Source of the DNA: an uncultured Nitrososphaerota archaeon
GTDB lineage: Archaea; Thermoproteota; Nitrososphaeria; Nitrososphaerales; Nitrosopumilaceae
DNA length: 64,000 nucleotides
NCBI GenBank assembly: GCA_963701075.1
Contig: OY969559.1
Coordinates: forward strand, 576,001 to 640,000
Direction of reading: 5' to 3'
In this document: positions 31,708 to 44,196 of the stretch, piece by piece
Layout: every line of letters starts with the position of its first letter
Numbering within the stretch: position 1 is the first letter of the stretch
Translations under genes and position numbers: made by a program
The notes under the pieces: generated by a model
Database searches by the model: none
Seen by the model: only the letters and a program-made list of their open reading frames with translations
What the model was told of the DNA's origin: nothing

Positions 31708-32733
31708 TTACAAAGTCTTAATCACAGATACTAATTTTGAAAAAGGATCTTCCATAGAATTCAATATCTTTCGTGCCTTCTCTTTGTTCTTTGGACCTTC
31801 GGTGAGCATTTTTCTGGCCACTTGAAGAATATTTCTGGGACTTGTTTCTCTTTTTACTAGCCCAATTTTTACCAGATATTTTTCAATATAATTAGGTACT
31901 GCATCGTAGGATATAGTTGGAATTCCCATTAACGCAGATTCGGCAGTCATTGTACCGCCAGATCCTATAAAAAGATCAGTAACAGAAAGAAGAGATTTTC
32001 CGTCAATAACCTTGTTCATGATTCTCACTTTGTTTCCAAATTCTTTTCTAAGATTATCTATTTGGGATTTGTATCTTGCCAAGACTATGACGTTGTATTT
32101 TTCTCTCTCTTGGCTAAATTTGCAAATTATGCTATTGCTAATACTGGTTTTCCCAATAACATATGCTGCAGAAGATTCTTCAAGTCTGATGACTATAGTT
32201 TTTTTATGACTATTGGCAACAATCGGTCTAACATCTGAGACATTTTTTACTATCACTGCAGCATCAATTGCTTTGTATTGAACTATGTTATTTTTTGAAA
32301 TTCCATATTTTACAAATTCTTTTTTTGGTATTATCCATGGAATAAGTAGCTTTTGTGCAAACGGAAGTGCAAGTTTCATTACTGCCTCTGCATGTGGAGA
32401 ATCAGAAAAAACTATGTGTTTGATGCCTAGACCAAATGCAACCCTTGAAGCTTCAGGAGAACAGAAGCTAATGGCCAAATCCGGGGATAATTTTGATATT
32501 ATATCAGTCAAATGCTCAACTCGTTTTGCACTAGCTTCGAGCTTATCTTTTCTTCCTGAGCCACCATGTTTTCCAACTATGAGCAGATTGACATGCTTTA
32601 GTTTTGCAAGATCGACAACCTGACTATAATTCCTCGAAGTGCACAGTATTTTGTGATTTTTACCTAATTTTTGTGCCATTGGACCAAAAAATAGCAGCTG
32701 TTTTGGCGTAAGGATATCAAACCAGATTTTCAA
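31708..32733 (-). CDS. DUF354-family protein (GT-B-like)
   Basis: KIWFDILTPKQ, GKHGG, GGTMTAESALMGIPTIS. Confidence 0.82.
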   Translation of the reverse strand: MKIWFDILTPKQLLFFGPMAQKLGKNHKILCTSRNYSQVVDLAKLKHVNLLIVGKHGGSGRKDKLEASAKRVEHLTDIISKLSPDLAISFCSPEASRVAFGLGIKHIVFSDSPHAEAVMKLALPFAQKLLIPWIIPKKEFVKYGISKNNIVQYKAIDAAVIVKNVSDVRPIVANSHKKTIVIRLEESSAAYVIGKTSISNSIICKFSQEREKYNVIVLARYKSQIDNLRKEFGNKVRIMNKVIDGKSLLSVTDLFIGSGGTMTAESALMGIPTISYDAVPNYIEKYLVKIGLVKRETSPRNILQVARKMLTEGPKNKEKARKILNSMEDPFSKLVSVIKTL

Positions 32734-32798
32734 ACATTTTTGATAGAATTTGAGGGTGGAAAAAGTTTTTCTTAGCCTATACTCCTAGTTCGGATGAA

Positions 32799-33932
32799 TT
32801 GGTAGCCACAAAGATCGTTGTTTACGGACTTAGCACTGAGGGATATTCAATCGCGTGCCAAATGGCAATAAAAGGAGCAGATGTCTTCATTGTGGACGAG
32901 TCAGCACATATGGCAATTTCCCTCAAGGCGGAAATAGTGAAGACTTATCCAAATGTCACATCGCTAAAAGAAGATGAACCTTTGCTTGGTGTAGAGCCAA
33001 TCGATGTAGCTATATCGCATGCTGAATATCTTTTCTTTGCACCAAGAATCAGAAAAACCGGACAAGAGGCGAAAATGGAGATTCATTCAAAATTCAAAGA
33101 TTCTACATCCCCTATGAAAAAAGGCGGATCAGTTATCTATAATCTTCCGACAGGAATAGGTGGCAATAATGAAACCATATCGCTTTTGGAACATATTACT
33201 GGACTTGAAATGGGAAAGGGAATATCATATTTTTATTATCCTCTTTCAAAAGGATATGTTCCAGAAATAATAGGCTCCTTTAATGGAAAGGTTGACGATA
33301 AACTAGGTAAATTACTAGAAGTAGAAAAAAAGACAAAAAAGTTTGTATCTATACCTTCGGCTGAAATTATTCACGCGATAAAGGTCTTGACACAATTTTC
33401 AAGCTTAGCAAGTATCCTTGAGGTCTGTAAATTTGCACAAGATTCATCTACAAGGAATGATCTCGTATTCACTGACTACAAGGATCTATTTTTGGATGAC
33501 ATTACTAATGGACTATATGATCTGAGATCACTTGGCACATCTGTTGAAGGTGCAGGTACTATGATGTATCTAGTAAATGGAAGTATAAAGGGAATTGAGG
33601 GGTATGTTAAAAGACTTATTGACGAGATCAGGTCTACTCTAAAGAAAAATGAGCTTAAAGCAAGCAGGACTAGAGTGGTTCTAGTCTGGACGCAAGATTC
33701 CTATGAGATGAGAGGAGACAAAGTAGATATGTTAAATTCCCTTGTTACCAAACTGCGTGACTATATAGGGGATGTAGAGGTGCAAGAGGGTCCTGGACTC
33801 GATCTCTTCCATAATGATAAGACTACCATTATAGTAGCATGCTCAAAATCTGATTATGATAAAGTTGTTAAGAATGGAAAAGACTCTGACGTGATAATAA
33901 TAAAAACCAACCCCTTATGTGAGATATTGTAA
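32799..33932 (+). CDS. Hypothetical protein resembling a degenerate nucleotide-sugar dehydrogenase
   Basis: KIVVYGLSTEGY resembles an altered Rossmann glycine motif; divergent from DUF354 gene. Confidence 0.5.
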   Translation: MVATKIVVYGLSTEGYSIACQMAIKGADVFIVDESAHMAISLKAEIVKTYPNVTSLKEDEPLLGVEPIDVAISHAEYLFFAPRIRKTGQEAKMEIHSKFKDSTSPMKKGGSVIYNLPTGIGGNNETISLLEHITGLEMGKGISYFYYPLSKGYVPEIIGSFNGKVDDKLGKLLEVEKKTKKFVSIPSAEIIHAIKVLTQFSSLASILEVCKFAQDSSTRNDLVFTDYKDLFLDDITNGLYDLRSLGTSVEGAGTMMYLVNGSIKGIEGYVKRLIDEIRSTLKKNELKASRTRVVLVWTQDSYEMRGDKVDMLNSLVTKLRDYIGDVEVQEGPGLDLFHNDKTTIIVACSKSDYDKVVKNGKDSDVIIIKTNPLCEIL

Positions 33933-33945
33933 TAAAGGTAATACT

Positions 33946-34527
33946 ATGCAAAATAATAGAATAGGCTTGACCAGTAATAATGATGAGATTGATGATCTAC
34001 TAAATGAAGTCACTCGAAATAGTGCAGAAGGAAAGGAGCAAGAAGCTGAAAATATCGATGAACTAAAAAACCAACTGGAAAAAGAAAAAGAGAAAGCAAC
34101 ATCACAAGAAAAAAAAATTCAATACTTGTTAGCAGATTTTGAAAATCTAAAGAAAAGGATCGAATCAGATGTTCAAAACAAGGTAAATTCGATAACTGAT
34201 GATCTAATTTTGAAATTTTTATCAATTTATGATGACTTTATTCGTGCGAGGGACGCCTTGTCTAAACAAAATGTAAATGTAGACGGTTTAGACGCTATTT
34301 TAAAGAATATGAATTCACTCCTGTCTGAATATGGAATAAGACCTATTGAGGTATTAGGCGAAGTTTTTGATCCAAGACTACATGAAGTTATATCTATAAG
34401 AGATGATTCATCTCTTGATGATAATACAATTACGGCAGAGCTGCGTAAGGGATATATTTTGAAGGACAGAGTTATTAGACCTAGTTTAGTAGAAATATCG
34501 AAAAAACATAAAGAGATGAAGAATTAA
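33946..34527 (+). CDS. grpE: Nucleotide exchange factor GrpE
   Basis: [28 protein letters not shown]; start uncertain. Confidence 0.93.
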   Translation: MQNNRIGLTSNNDEIDDLLNEVTRNSAEGKEQEAENIDELKNQLEKEKEKATSQEKKIQYLLADFENLKKRIESDVQNKVNSITDDLILKFLSIYDDFIRARDALSKQNVNVDGLDAILKNMNSLLSEYGIRPIEVLGEVFDPRLHEVISIRDDSSLDDNTITAELRKGYILKDRVIRPSLVEISKKHKEMKN

Positions 34528-34528
34528 A

Positions 34529-36356
34529 ATGGCTAAAATTATTGGTATTGATTTAGGAACTAGTAACTCTGCGGCGGCAGCTATGATGGGAGGAAAACCA
34601 ACTCTTATTCCTGCAGCTGAAGGTACTACTATTGGCGGCAAGGCCTTTCCATCTGTAGTAGCATTTGCAAAGGATGGGCAACTTATAGTGGGAGAGCCAG
34701 CAAGGAGGCAAGCGGTAACAAATCCAGAGGGTACTGTAGTGGCGGCAAAAAGAAAGATGGGAACTGATCATGTTTTTAAGATTAATGACAAAGAGTACAA
34801 GCCACAGCAAATCTCTGCTTTCATTTTACAGAAAATAAAAAAAGACGCAGAAGCATTCATTGGTGAAAAAATAGATAAAGCCGTGATAACAGTTCCTGCC
34901 TACTTTAACGATAATCAAAGACAGGCGACTAAGGATGCTGGACAAATAGCAGGGCTGGAGGTAGTTAGAATAATTAACGAGCCTACTGCTGCAGCACTCG
35001 CCTTTGGTCTTGATAAATCTAAGCAAGACATGAAAATAATGGTATTTGATCTAGGTGGTGGAACCCTAGATGTAACAATAATGGAAATGGGAGGAGGCGT
35101 CTTTGAGGTGATGAGCACCTCTGGAGACACGCAATTAGGTGGAACAGATATGGATAAAGTCTCTAATTGATTACATTGTTGACAATTTCAGAAAATCGTC
35201 CGGAATAGATCTTAACAAAGATAATACCGCAATGGTTAGAGTAAGAGAAGCAGCCGAAAAAGCAAAGATTGAACTCTCATCGGTATTTGAAACTGACGTC
35301 AACCTTCCTTTCATATCACATGATCCATCTTCTGGATCAAAAAATCTAGAACTGAAAATAACAAGAGCGAAATTTGAGGAGCTCATCAATCCCATAGTAG
35401 AAAGATGCAGGCCATCTATGACAAAGTCATTAGAAGATGCAAAACTATCGCCGTCAGATGTAAGCAAGATTATACTTGTTGGTGGTCCAACAAGAATGCC
35501 TCTCATCAGGAAATTCGTAGCAAGTGTAATGGGCAAGGATCCAGAATCTGGAGTAGATCCAATGGAAGCTGTAGCATTAGGTGCCGCTATACAAGCAGGT
35601 ATCATAGCAGGTGAAGTAACAAGTGATATTGTTCTTTTGGATGTCATACCACTAACACTTGGAGTAGAAGTGCTTGGAGGATTACGAGAACCTATTATAG
35701 AAAGAAACACCACTATCCCATCATCTAAAAGTAAAATTTTCACAACTGCAGCTGACAATCAAACTGCTGTAACTATTCATATTGTGCAGGGTGAAAGGCC
35801 TATGGCTTCAGATAATGTTTCGCTTGGAAGCTTCAACTTGTCTGGCATCCTTCCAGCTCCAAGAGGAGTACCGCAAATAGAAGTAAAATTTGATATTGAT
35901 GCAAACGGAATTCTCAATGTTACAGCAAAAGATCTTGCAACTCAAAAGGAAGCCAAAATTACAATCACCGCAAGCACCAAACTTTCAAAAGATGATATTG
36001 AGAAAATGAAAAAGGATGCTGAAATATTCTCTGAACAAGATAGAAAGAAGAAAGAAGAGGTAGAGGTAAAGAATGAAGCTCAACAGTATATCTATGCTAC
36101 TGAAAAGCTGATAACTCAAGATCTAAAAGATAAGATATCCCAAGACCAGGGAATAAAGGTAAGTGAAGCAATAAAGGAACTCAAAGATGTTCTTGACAAG
36201 GAGGTTACTGAAATAAAACCAAAACTTGATGCTTTGAAGAAATTAGTTAATGATATTAGTACTGAGCTTTACAAAAATGTAAATCCACCCCCAGAGGCAG
36301 GTGCGCAAGGAGCTGCAGACGCTTCGGGCCAAGCCACTGGAGAAACAAAAAATTGA
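34529..36356 (+). CDS. dnaK: DnaK/Hsp70 (split by +1 indel at 35160)
   Basis: [26 protein letters not shown]; removing T from AGTCT restores GGTDMDKALIDY. Confidence 0.96.
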
Positions 36357-36394
36357 TGTTTATACTGGAGAAAAAATAACGCTATTTTACAATC

Positions 36395-37499
36395 ATGAGT
36401 ACAAAACGCGATTATTATGAAGTCTTGGGTATTCAAAAAAATGCTTCTCAAGATGAGATAAAATCTCAGTATAGGAAACTGGCACTTAAATTTCATCCAG
36501 ACAGAAACAAATCACCTGATGCATCTGAACATTTCAAAGAGATATCAGAAGCTTATGCAGTATTATCAGATTCTGAGAAGCGTAAGATCTATGACACTCA
36601 TGGTCATGCCGGGGTTGATGGTAAATACAGCACCGAAGATATATTCCAAGGATCTAAAGTCAATTTTGAGGATGTTTTCGGTTCTGGTTTTGAATCAATT
36701 TTTGAAAACGTCTTTGGTAGGGGGGGTGGTTTTAGATTTGGCGGTTTTGATTTTGGATTCGGTAGGGAAAGAGGAGCAGATCTAGTATATGATACAGAAA
36801 TAAAGTTCGAAGATGTCCTTAGGGGAAAACGAGAAGAGATCGAGCTTCCACGAGACATTGAATGTAGTGACTGCAAGGGATCAGGCGCTACTCCTGGAAC
36901 ATCCATGAGAACTTGCTCTGTTTGTAACGGTCATGGTCAGGTAAGAACATCTCGTAGTGGTGGATTTTCTACATTTGTCACCGTTCAACCATGTAATACT
37001 TGTAGGGGTAAAGGCAAAATAATAGAGAGACCTTGTTCTAGATGCAAAGGAACTGGCAAACAAAAAGGAAAACACCACTTCTCATTTGAAATTCCTCCGG
37101 GTATTGAAAGTGGCGAATATAGAATTAAAGGAGAAGGTGAGTCAATGTCAAACGGAACAAGTGGCGACCTTATTGTTAGAATCAAAGTAAAGCCTCATGA
37201 CCAGTTCAAGCGAGATGGTGCAGACATATTTTGTGATGCAAACATATCTGTCACTGATGCAATACTGGGCAAGAAATTGACTGTGCCAACCTTGGAAGGA
37301 ACTGAAAAAATCGAAGTTGAAGCAGGAAGTCAGCCAAATACGATAATAAAGATAAAAGGAAAAGGTCTACCCCATCAAGGATTTAGAGGCAGAGGAGATC
37401 AATATGTCAGACTTGTTATCAATATTCCAAAGAAAATAGATAAACATCAACGTGAATTACTCGAAGAGCTGCAAGATAAGCTTCAATCGAGAGGAATAA
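36395..37499 (+). CDS. dnaJ: DnaJ (as written it reads through into the next gene; probable indel at AAGCTT 37478-83)
   Basis: DYYEVLG, HPD, G/F region, four CxxCxGxG repeats; a 1-nt removal gives NREE* at TAA 37497-99. Confidence 0.92.
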
Positions 37500-37504
37500 G
37501 AATT

Positions 37505-38068
37505 TTGAAGATTGCACTAGATGTAGATGGGGTTCTTGCAGATGTTATACATGCTTGGATATCATACAATAATCAAGTCAGAACAACCATCTTGAAATCA
37601 GACATATCAGAATGGGACTTTTGGAAAAGATACAACATCAGTAAATTTGATTTCTATGAAGAGCTCTCCATGTGCTGGAAATCTTGGAAAACTATTCCTC
37701 CAACTGAAAGTGACATTTCCTCTGCATCAAAGGAACTTTCAAAGATGGGGACTGTGGATATAGTGACTGCAAGAGAGGACTCTACCCACAATGATGTAAA
37801 AAATTGGCTCAAAATGCATAATGTGACCTTCAAAAACTATGTAGGAGTGATAGAAGGAACAGAAAAGGCAAAACTTGATTATGATATCTTCATTGATGAC
37901 TCGCCCATAAATGCGAAAAGCATGCTTGCTGCAGGAAAATCAATAATACTCTACAACCAGCCATGGAATCTTGATTTTCCTGATTCTAGAGCAAAAAGGA
38001 TCTATGAATTAAAGAACGCAGTTTCTGCCATCCATGAAATTAGTCGTAATTGTTCTTCCTTATCATAA
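37505..38068 (+). CDS. HAD-superfamily 5'(3')-nucleotidase-like protein
   Basis: TTG start, [25 protein letters not shown]. Confidence 0.8.
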   Translation: MKIALDVDGVLADVIHAWISYNNQVRTTILKSDISEWDFWKRYNISKFDFYEELSMCWKSWKTIPPTESDISSASKELSKMGTVDIVTAREDSTHNDVKNWLKMHNVTFKNYVGVIEGTEKAKLDYDIFIDDSPINAKSMLAAGKSIILYNQPWNLDFPDSRAKRIYELKNAVSAIHEISRNCSSLS

Positions 38069-38136
38069 AAACAAATCTTATTCTGTGATAAAACTTGGAA
38101 TAAAGACACTTATTCTGGAGTTTTAATTTTCACGTT

Positions 38137-38221
38137 GCGGGGGTCGCCTAGCCTGGTCAACGGCGTAAGGCTCAGAACCTTATCTCTTAGGAGTTCGTGG
38201 GTTCAAATCCCACCTCCCGCA
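38137..38221 (+). tRNA. tRNA-Leu (CAG)
   Basis: GCGGGGG/CTCCCGC acceptor, TAAGG-CTCAGAA-CCTTA anticodon arm, long variable arm, GTTCAAATC. Confidence 0.95.
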
Positions 38222-38281
38222 TTACAAAATTTTCGTGTACTAATGAAAAATTTATAATCCATTGGTCGATTGTTGGCTTTC

Positions 38282-38623
38282 ATGAAGAGGGTAGAGGCTG
38301 TAATATTGCATGATAAGCTTGATGCAGTAGTTGAGGCGTTAAAGAAGGTTGGCGTTGGTGGTATTACTATATTTGATGCTAAAGGATTGGGAAGATCAAG
38401 TAAACTCATACGTGATGCTAAGAAGACCCCAAGCTCGTACACAAAACTCAATGTAAAAAGTTATGTTCTTACAGTAGTGGATGATTCAATTGTTGACAAA
38501 GTAATCAGCGCCATTCTTGATGCTGCAAGTACTGACTCTGTAGGTGACGGAAAGATTTTTGTCGATAACATAGACACCGCAGTAGATATAGGAAGCCGTC
38601 AAAAGGGAGTTCATGCAATATGA
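38282..38623 (+). CDS. P-II family nitrogen regulator (divergent T-loop)
   Basis: MKRVEAVI, KGLGR, GDGKIFV. Confidence 0.85.
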   Translation: MKRVEAVILHDKLDAVVEALKKVGVGGITIFDAKGLGRSSKLIRDAKKTPSSYTKLNVKSYVLTVVDDSIVDKVISAILDAASTDSVGDGKIFVDNIDTAVDIGSRQKGVHAI

Positions 38624-38625
38624 TG

Positions 38626-40560
38626 CTACTTTCCTTTTGAGCTTGTGTCAATTCGTGACTTTATTTTTTCTTCTAACAACTGATTTATTTTCTGTCCGTC
38701 AACCTTTCCGCGAAGGTTTTTCATTGCAAGTCCCATCAATGGTCCAATAGATCTTAATCCTTGTTGCTCGATTATTTTAATATTAGATAATATCAATTCA
38801 TCTAATATGTTATTTAGGTCGATATCTTCTACTGCACTAATTGCATTTTTTTGAATTGCATCTTCTATAGAACTAGCTGTTTTATTCATCATACTCTCAA
38901 AGATGATCTCAAGTGATTCCTTTGCAATTTTTCCTTCTGTCAAAAACTCGAATGCTTTTGAAATGTCAGAATTCTTCAATAACTTCGAGTCTAGACCACG
39001 CCTCTCAAGATTAGTAATGGTTCCACTGAGAACCGATGATACAAAATTGGGAGAAATTCTTTTATCTTTACATATGGACTCAAATAAATCCAGATATTCA
39101 GAATCAAATATCTGTAAAGCAAGCTGAGGATTCAACTCATATTGTTTCTGAAGTTCTAATATGCTCTCTTCCCAAGATTTTGGTATCTTTTTTTTGGCCT
39201 CCTCTAATTCATTATTGGTTACTATGATTGGTGGTATGTCCGTCTCTGGATACATTCTAGAGGCTCCTGGTCTGGGTCTGAGATAGACTGTTTCACCCGT
39301 GACTGTGGCCACTCTTGTTTCTGCCGGTACGCCGATTTTTGCATCTTCTATTCTTTTGATTATAGACTCAATTACTATGTCTAGTTTTTTTGGTTCACCT
39401 GCAAGAATCAAGAAACCGTCATTTTGTTGGCTTTCTAGAATTTTTTTTACTTGCTGTATCTCGGCCTCTTCAATTCCATAGTCTGGAAGCTCGTCTGAAT
39501 GAAAAACTCCTCCCAAACCAAAGAATCTCACCAATTCTCCTAATTGCTTACCGAGTCTAATTCCAGAATATGGTTCAAAACCAAATATGCCTGAAAAATT
39601 CTTAACTCTGATTGCTTTTACAACCGCACCATTCACTAATGCTTTCTGAATAGTCTTTGATTTACAATCTCTAAAAGCATCTGTTACATCTTTTACATCT
39701 CTTTCCTTTGCGATACGTTCAGTATCTAACACTTTTAGTTTATCAGCTATTATCTTAAGGCCATGTTGTCTTTTGGCTTCATATTCAACTACTTTTTCAA
39801 GCTGATCCAGTTTTTGCACTCCTTTTACTTCCACAATTCCGCCCCCTTCTATGGAGACATTGACATCTTGTCTTATTGAGCCAAGTCCTCTCTGAACCCT
39901 CTTGGTTGCTCGCAACAAACGTCCAAGAGTTAATGCGATTTTTTTGATCTCTTCTGGTGTTCCACTTACCGGTTCAAGTGCTATCTCTACTAACGGTATT
40001 CCTAACCTGTCCAAAGTGTACTCTCTAAAGTCAACTGAATCATTCAGAAGTTTTGCAGCATCTTCCTCTAAACAGATACTCTGTACCCCGACATTTTTGC
40101 CATCTACTTCAAGGCTACCGCCAAGTCCAATTAGCATGGTTCTCTGAAAACCAGATGTGTTTGAACCATCTATGACCAGTTTTCTCATAACATAAATCTC
40201 ATTGAAGATGCTTGTTTTTAACGCAGAAGCCATTATCAAGGCAGTTTCTTTTGAGCCGAGGCTGAGATCATGGGGAGGTTCTTCATCCTGCTCAACAAGG
40301 CAACTGCTCTCAGGATTGGCATAGTATAGTATGGTTTTCTGTTTACTAGATTCAAATAACGCACTAGGATCCAATTCTCCAAGTTCGCTTCTTGCTATTC
40401 TTAACTTTCGAACAAATTTCAGTGGATAATCAGTTGACTCGATCGAAGAACAATTGCAGAATAATTTTGTGCCTGTTGCAAGCTGCTGATGTATTTCAAG
40501 GCCTACTCTCAGACCTATTTTGTCTATCTGAATATCAGACACTTCTGGTTTTATTGTCAT
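38626..40560 (-). CDS. gatE: Glu-tRNA(Gln) amidotransferase subunit E
   Basis: GLEIHQQL, DEEPP, DGSNTSGFQRT, RQDVN, HSDELP, RMYPETD. Confidence 0.97.
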   Translation of the reverse strand: MTIKPEVSDIQIDKIGLRVGLEIHQQLATGTKLFCNCSSIESTDYPLKFVRKLRIARSELGELDPSALFESSKQKTILYYANPESSCLVEQDEEPPHDLSLGSKETALIMASALKTSIFNEIYVMRKLVIDGSNTSGFQRTMLIGLGGSLEVDGKNVGVQSICLEEDAAKLLNDSVDFREYTLDRLGIPLVEIALEPVSGTPEEIKKIALTLGRLLRATKRVQRGLGSIRQDVNVSIEGGGIVEVKGVQKLDQLEKVVEYEAKRQHGLKIIADKLKVLDTERIAKERDVKDVTDAFRDCKSKTIQKALVNGAVVKAIRVKNFSGIFGFEPYSGIRLGKQLGELVRFFGLGGVFHSDELPDYGIEEAEIQQVKKILESQQNDGFLILAGEPKKLDIVIESIIKRIEDAKIGVPAETRVATVTGETVYLRPRPGASRMYPETDIPPIIVTNNELEEAKKKIPKSWEESILELQKQYELNPQLALQIFDSEYLDLFESICKDKRISPNFVSSVLSGTITNLERRGLDSKLLKNSDISKAFEFLTEGKIAKESLEIIFESMMNKTASSIEDAIQKNAISAVEDIDLNNILDELILSNIKIIEQQGLRSIGPLMGLAMKNLRGKVDGQKINQLLEEKIKSRIDTSSKGK

Positions 40561-40574
40561 ACTCGTTTTAAATC

Positions 40575-41859
40575 TTAGTCTGAAATTTCAAAGGCAATGT
40601 TTTCTTGCATGATCTTTTCCATTTCGTTGATGTCTTTAGTATTGCCCAATGCCCACATAGCTTTAACAAGAGCAGTCTCGGGAATCATATTTCCAAGTGG
40701 AACTACACCTAGGTTCATCAAGTCTCTACCACTATCATATACAGTCATACGAACAATTCCGTCTATACACTGTGATGTCATTCCAATGAATAATCCCTTT
40801 CTTTTTGCACGTACAATTGATTCATACATTATCTTACCCACATGGCCAAGACCAGTTCCTTCAAAAATAATTGCCTTGTAACCTGAATCAATTGCATAAT
40901 CTATCAACTTTGGATCAAGGCCTGGATAATATTTTACCAGCAAGACTTGATTATCAAAATTGATCTTAGGACTATATGTTTTCTTTAAAGGGTCAAACAA
41001 TGGATTCTTCTCAATAGAGTCTTTTTTTACAATGAAAACAGGAGATCCTCCTATTGTCTGAAATGCATTCCTCTTGCTAGTGTGATTCTTTCTTACTCTT
41101 GTCCCCCAATGGCATGCCACATCATCATCGCTTATTGAATTGTGCATCACAACAAAGATCCCATTAGTATCAGTTTCAACCAGAAATCTAGCTGCTGAAA
41201 TGAGATTTAGTGCAGCGTCTGAAGAAGGTCGGTCTGAAGATCTTTGTGAACCTACCAAAGCTACAGGTTTTGGGAACCCTGATAATGAAAATGAGAGTGC
41301 TGCTGCTGTATATTGCATAGTGTCTGTACCGTGAGCTGACTATGATGCCTTTGTATTCAGACCTAGAGTATGAATTCAGTTTTTCTGCAATTTTTATCCA
41401 ATGCTCTGGTAGGAGATTTTCAGAATATTCTGAGAACAAAACTTCTGTGTCAATGTTAGCTATCTCGGATAGTTCTGATACACTTGCATTGAGTTCTGCA
41501 GCTGTAAGAGCTGGATACACTCCTCCAGTCCTATAATCAATCTTGCTTGCAATGGTACCTCCAGTTGATATCAGTAAGATCTTGGGTAGTTTAGGATCTG
41601 TTTGCGGCTGTACCGTGTTCTCCTTCTTCACGGAAGGATGTAATTCTACTTCTATCTTGATAATTTTTTCAATTTGTAATCCTATATTGTAGCCATTTTT
41701 CAGTTTGAGAACAATGTGATCATCGTCACTGTGTTCGTATCTAGGCATCAAAATTCCTGAATAGGTCGAATCTGTCTGAACTTTCACTAGATCTCCTATC
41801 TCTATCTTATTTTTAGTTAGGAATTCAAGGCTCTTTCTACGGTATCCGCTATGTGACAT
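40575..41859 (-). CDS. gatD: Glu-tRNA(Gln) amidotransferase subunit D (split by +1 indel near 41338)
   Basis: TGGTIAS, restored GIIVAHGTDTM, GSQRSSDRPSSD. Confidence 0.94.
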
Positions 41860-41891
41860 TTGCTTGGATTAGAATTGTTATTTAATTAAAA

Positions 41892-44094
41892 TTACCTGTA
41901 GTAGGGCACTGCCACTTTTTCGCCTATCTTGAGTTCCTTCTGGGTTCTTACCTTTCTTACAGCTTCTTCAAAGTGTCTCATAGTTACTTTGGCGTCAGCT
42001 GCCTGTTTTTCTGCCTCTTTTTGGTCGGGATACTTGGCAAGAAACTCGTGTATGACAAGGGATACTGCTGTGTTGGCTATGGATGCTACATCTGCACCAC
42101 TCATTCCGTCGCTTGACTCTGCAATCTTGTCCAAATCTACATAGTCTGGATTCTTTGCGCCGTCTATCATTGGCTCTCTTACAACTGGAATGTCCTTTGC
42201 GTTGATTTCTAGTATCTTCTTTCTTCCTTCTTTGTCAGGTAGAGGCACCAAAATAATTTTGTCAAATCTGCCAGGTCTTAGCAGTGCCGTATCGATCATA
42301 TCTGCTCTGTTGGTAGCAGCCAATACGACTACGCCGCGCAGGCTCTCTATTCCATCAAGTTCGGTTAACAACTGGCTAACTACTCTTTCGGTTACAGTCT
42401 GTCTCTCCTCCAATTCCTCTGACAGGTGCTATCGAATCAATTTCATCAAAAAATATTACACAAGGCGATGCTTGTCTTGCTCTTCTGAATATCTCTCTTA
42501 TTCCACGTTCTGACTCTCCTACCCATTTTGATAATAGCTCTGGACCTCTTACTGATATGAAGTTGGCCTCACTTTCAGTAGCAACGGCCTTTGCAAGCAA
42601 AGTCTTTCCAGTTCCACTTGAGCCATGTAACAATATTCCTCTTGGCATTCTATGTCCTAGTTTTGAATACAACGTTGGGTATTTCATAGGCCATTCTACT
42701 GCTTCCTGTAATTCACGTTTGACAGTTTCTAGCCCTCCAACTTCATCCCAACTGACATCTGGATTTTCAATAAAGACTTCACGCATTCCAGAAGGTGTTA
42801 CCTCTTTGAGAGCATTCTGATAATCCTCGTCATTTACAATTAACTTGTCAAGAGTCTCAGGAGGAAGCTTCTCATCCTCTAAGTTGAGTTCAGGTAGCAA
42901 TCTTCGTAAGCATTTCATTGCTGCCTCTTTGCACAAGTATTCCAAGTCTGCGCCCACATACCCATGACTTATTGCGGCAATCTTATCCAAATTCACATCA
43001 TCACTAAGAGGCATGTTTCTTGTGTGAATCATGAGAATGTCTTTTCTGCCTTTCTTGTCTGGTACCTTTATCTCAATTTCTCTATCAAATCTGCCAGGTC
43101 TTCTAAGTGCAGGATCTATTGCATTAGGTCTGTTTGTGGCAGAAATTACTATAACTTTACCTCTTGCCTCAAGACCATCCATAAGCGATAACAATTGAGA
43201 TACAACTCTTCTTTCTACTTCTCCTGTTACTTCTTCTCTCTTTGGTGCTATCGAATCAATTTCATCAATGAATATTATTGACGGTGACTTTTCCTTGGCT
43301 TCTTTGAAAATTTCTCTAAGTCTAGCTTCGCTTTCACCATAGAACTTGCTCATGATCTCTGGACCTGAAATGCTGATAAAGTGAGCATTACTTTCATTTG
43401 CAACGGCCTTTGCAAGAAGTGTCTTTCCAGTTCCTGGGGGTCCATACAAAAGCACACCCTTTGGAGCTTCAATACCAAGTTTCTCAAATATCTCTGGATG
43501 TCTTAGTGGAAGCTCAATCATTTCACGAACTTTCTTAATTTCATCAGTTAGGCCACCAATATCTTCATAGGTCACCTGTGGAACGCCGCGCAAAGTTTCT
43601 CCTTTCTCTGCGATGTGAAATACAGTTTTTTGAGTTACAAGCACTGCATCTGCTGCTGGTGTGACACCTATTACTTGGAAAGTAAGTCTTCCACCAAAAT
43701 ATGGAACCATCACATTGTCTCCTTTTATTAGAGGAACACTTTCTAACGCATCTGCAAGATACCTCTCATCAATTGGAGGTATTGCTTCAAGTGGCGCAAC
43801 TACTACCTTTTCTGCAGCAACCGCCTTGATCTTGCGTACCGCAACAGTATCTCCTATTGCAATGCCTGCGTTATTTCTTACAAGTCCATCTACTCTGATT
43901 ATTCCTTTACCCTCATCAGATGGATAAAGGGGAAGACATTTGGCTACTGTTCTTCTCTTACCTTTTATCTCAATAACGTCTCCAGTGGATGCACCAAGTG
44001 AATCCATGGAATCATAATCAATACGAGCCACCCCTCTTCCCACATCACGCGTATATGCCTCAAGTACCTTAAGGGAGAGCATGTTCTGACTCAT
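41892..44094 (-). CDS. cdc48: CDC48/VAT AAA ATPase (split by +1 indel at 42398)
   Basis: Two AAA modules (GPPGTGKT; GSSGTGKT), RPGRFD twice; restored [11 protein letters not shown]. Confidence 0.95.
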
Positions 44095-44196
44095 AGTTTA
44101 AACAGCCTCAAACTAATTTTTATACCTTTGTTGTCTTTGATCCAGAACAAATAGACCAGAAGATTAAAATTTACAAGAAAGGGCACATTCGATGCT

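Noticed and set aside
36395-38068. Novel DnaJ-HAD nucleotidase fusion (557 aa in ORF track)
   Set aside because: The junction has two AGCT sites; removing one base gives a normal DnaJ stop at 37497-99, five bases before a TTG start. Probably an artefact, though reads should confirm
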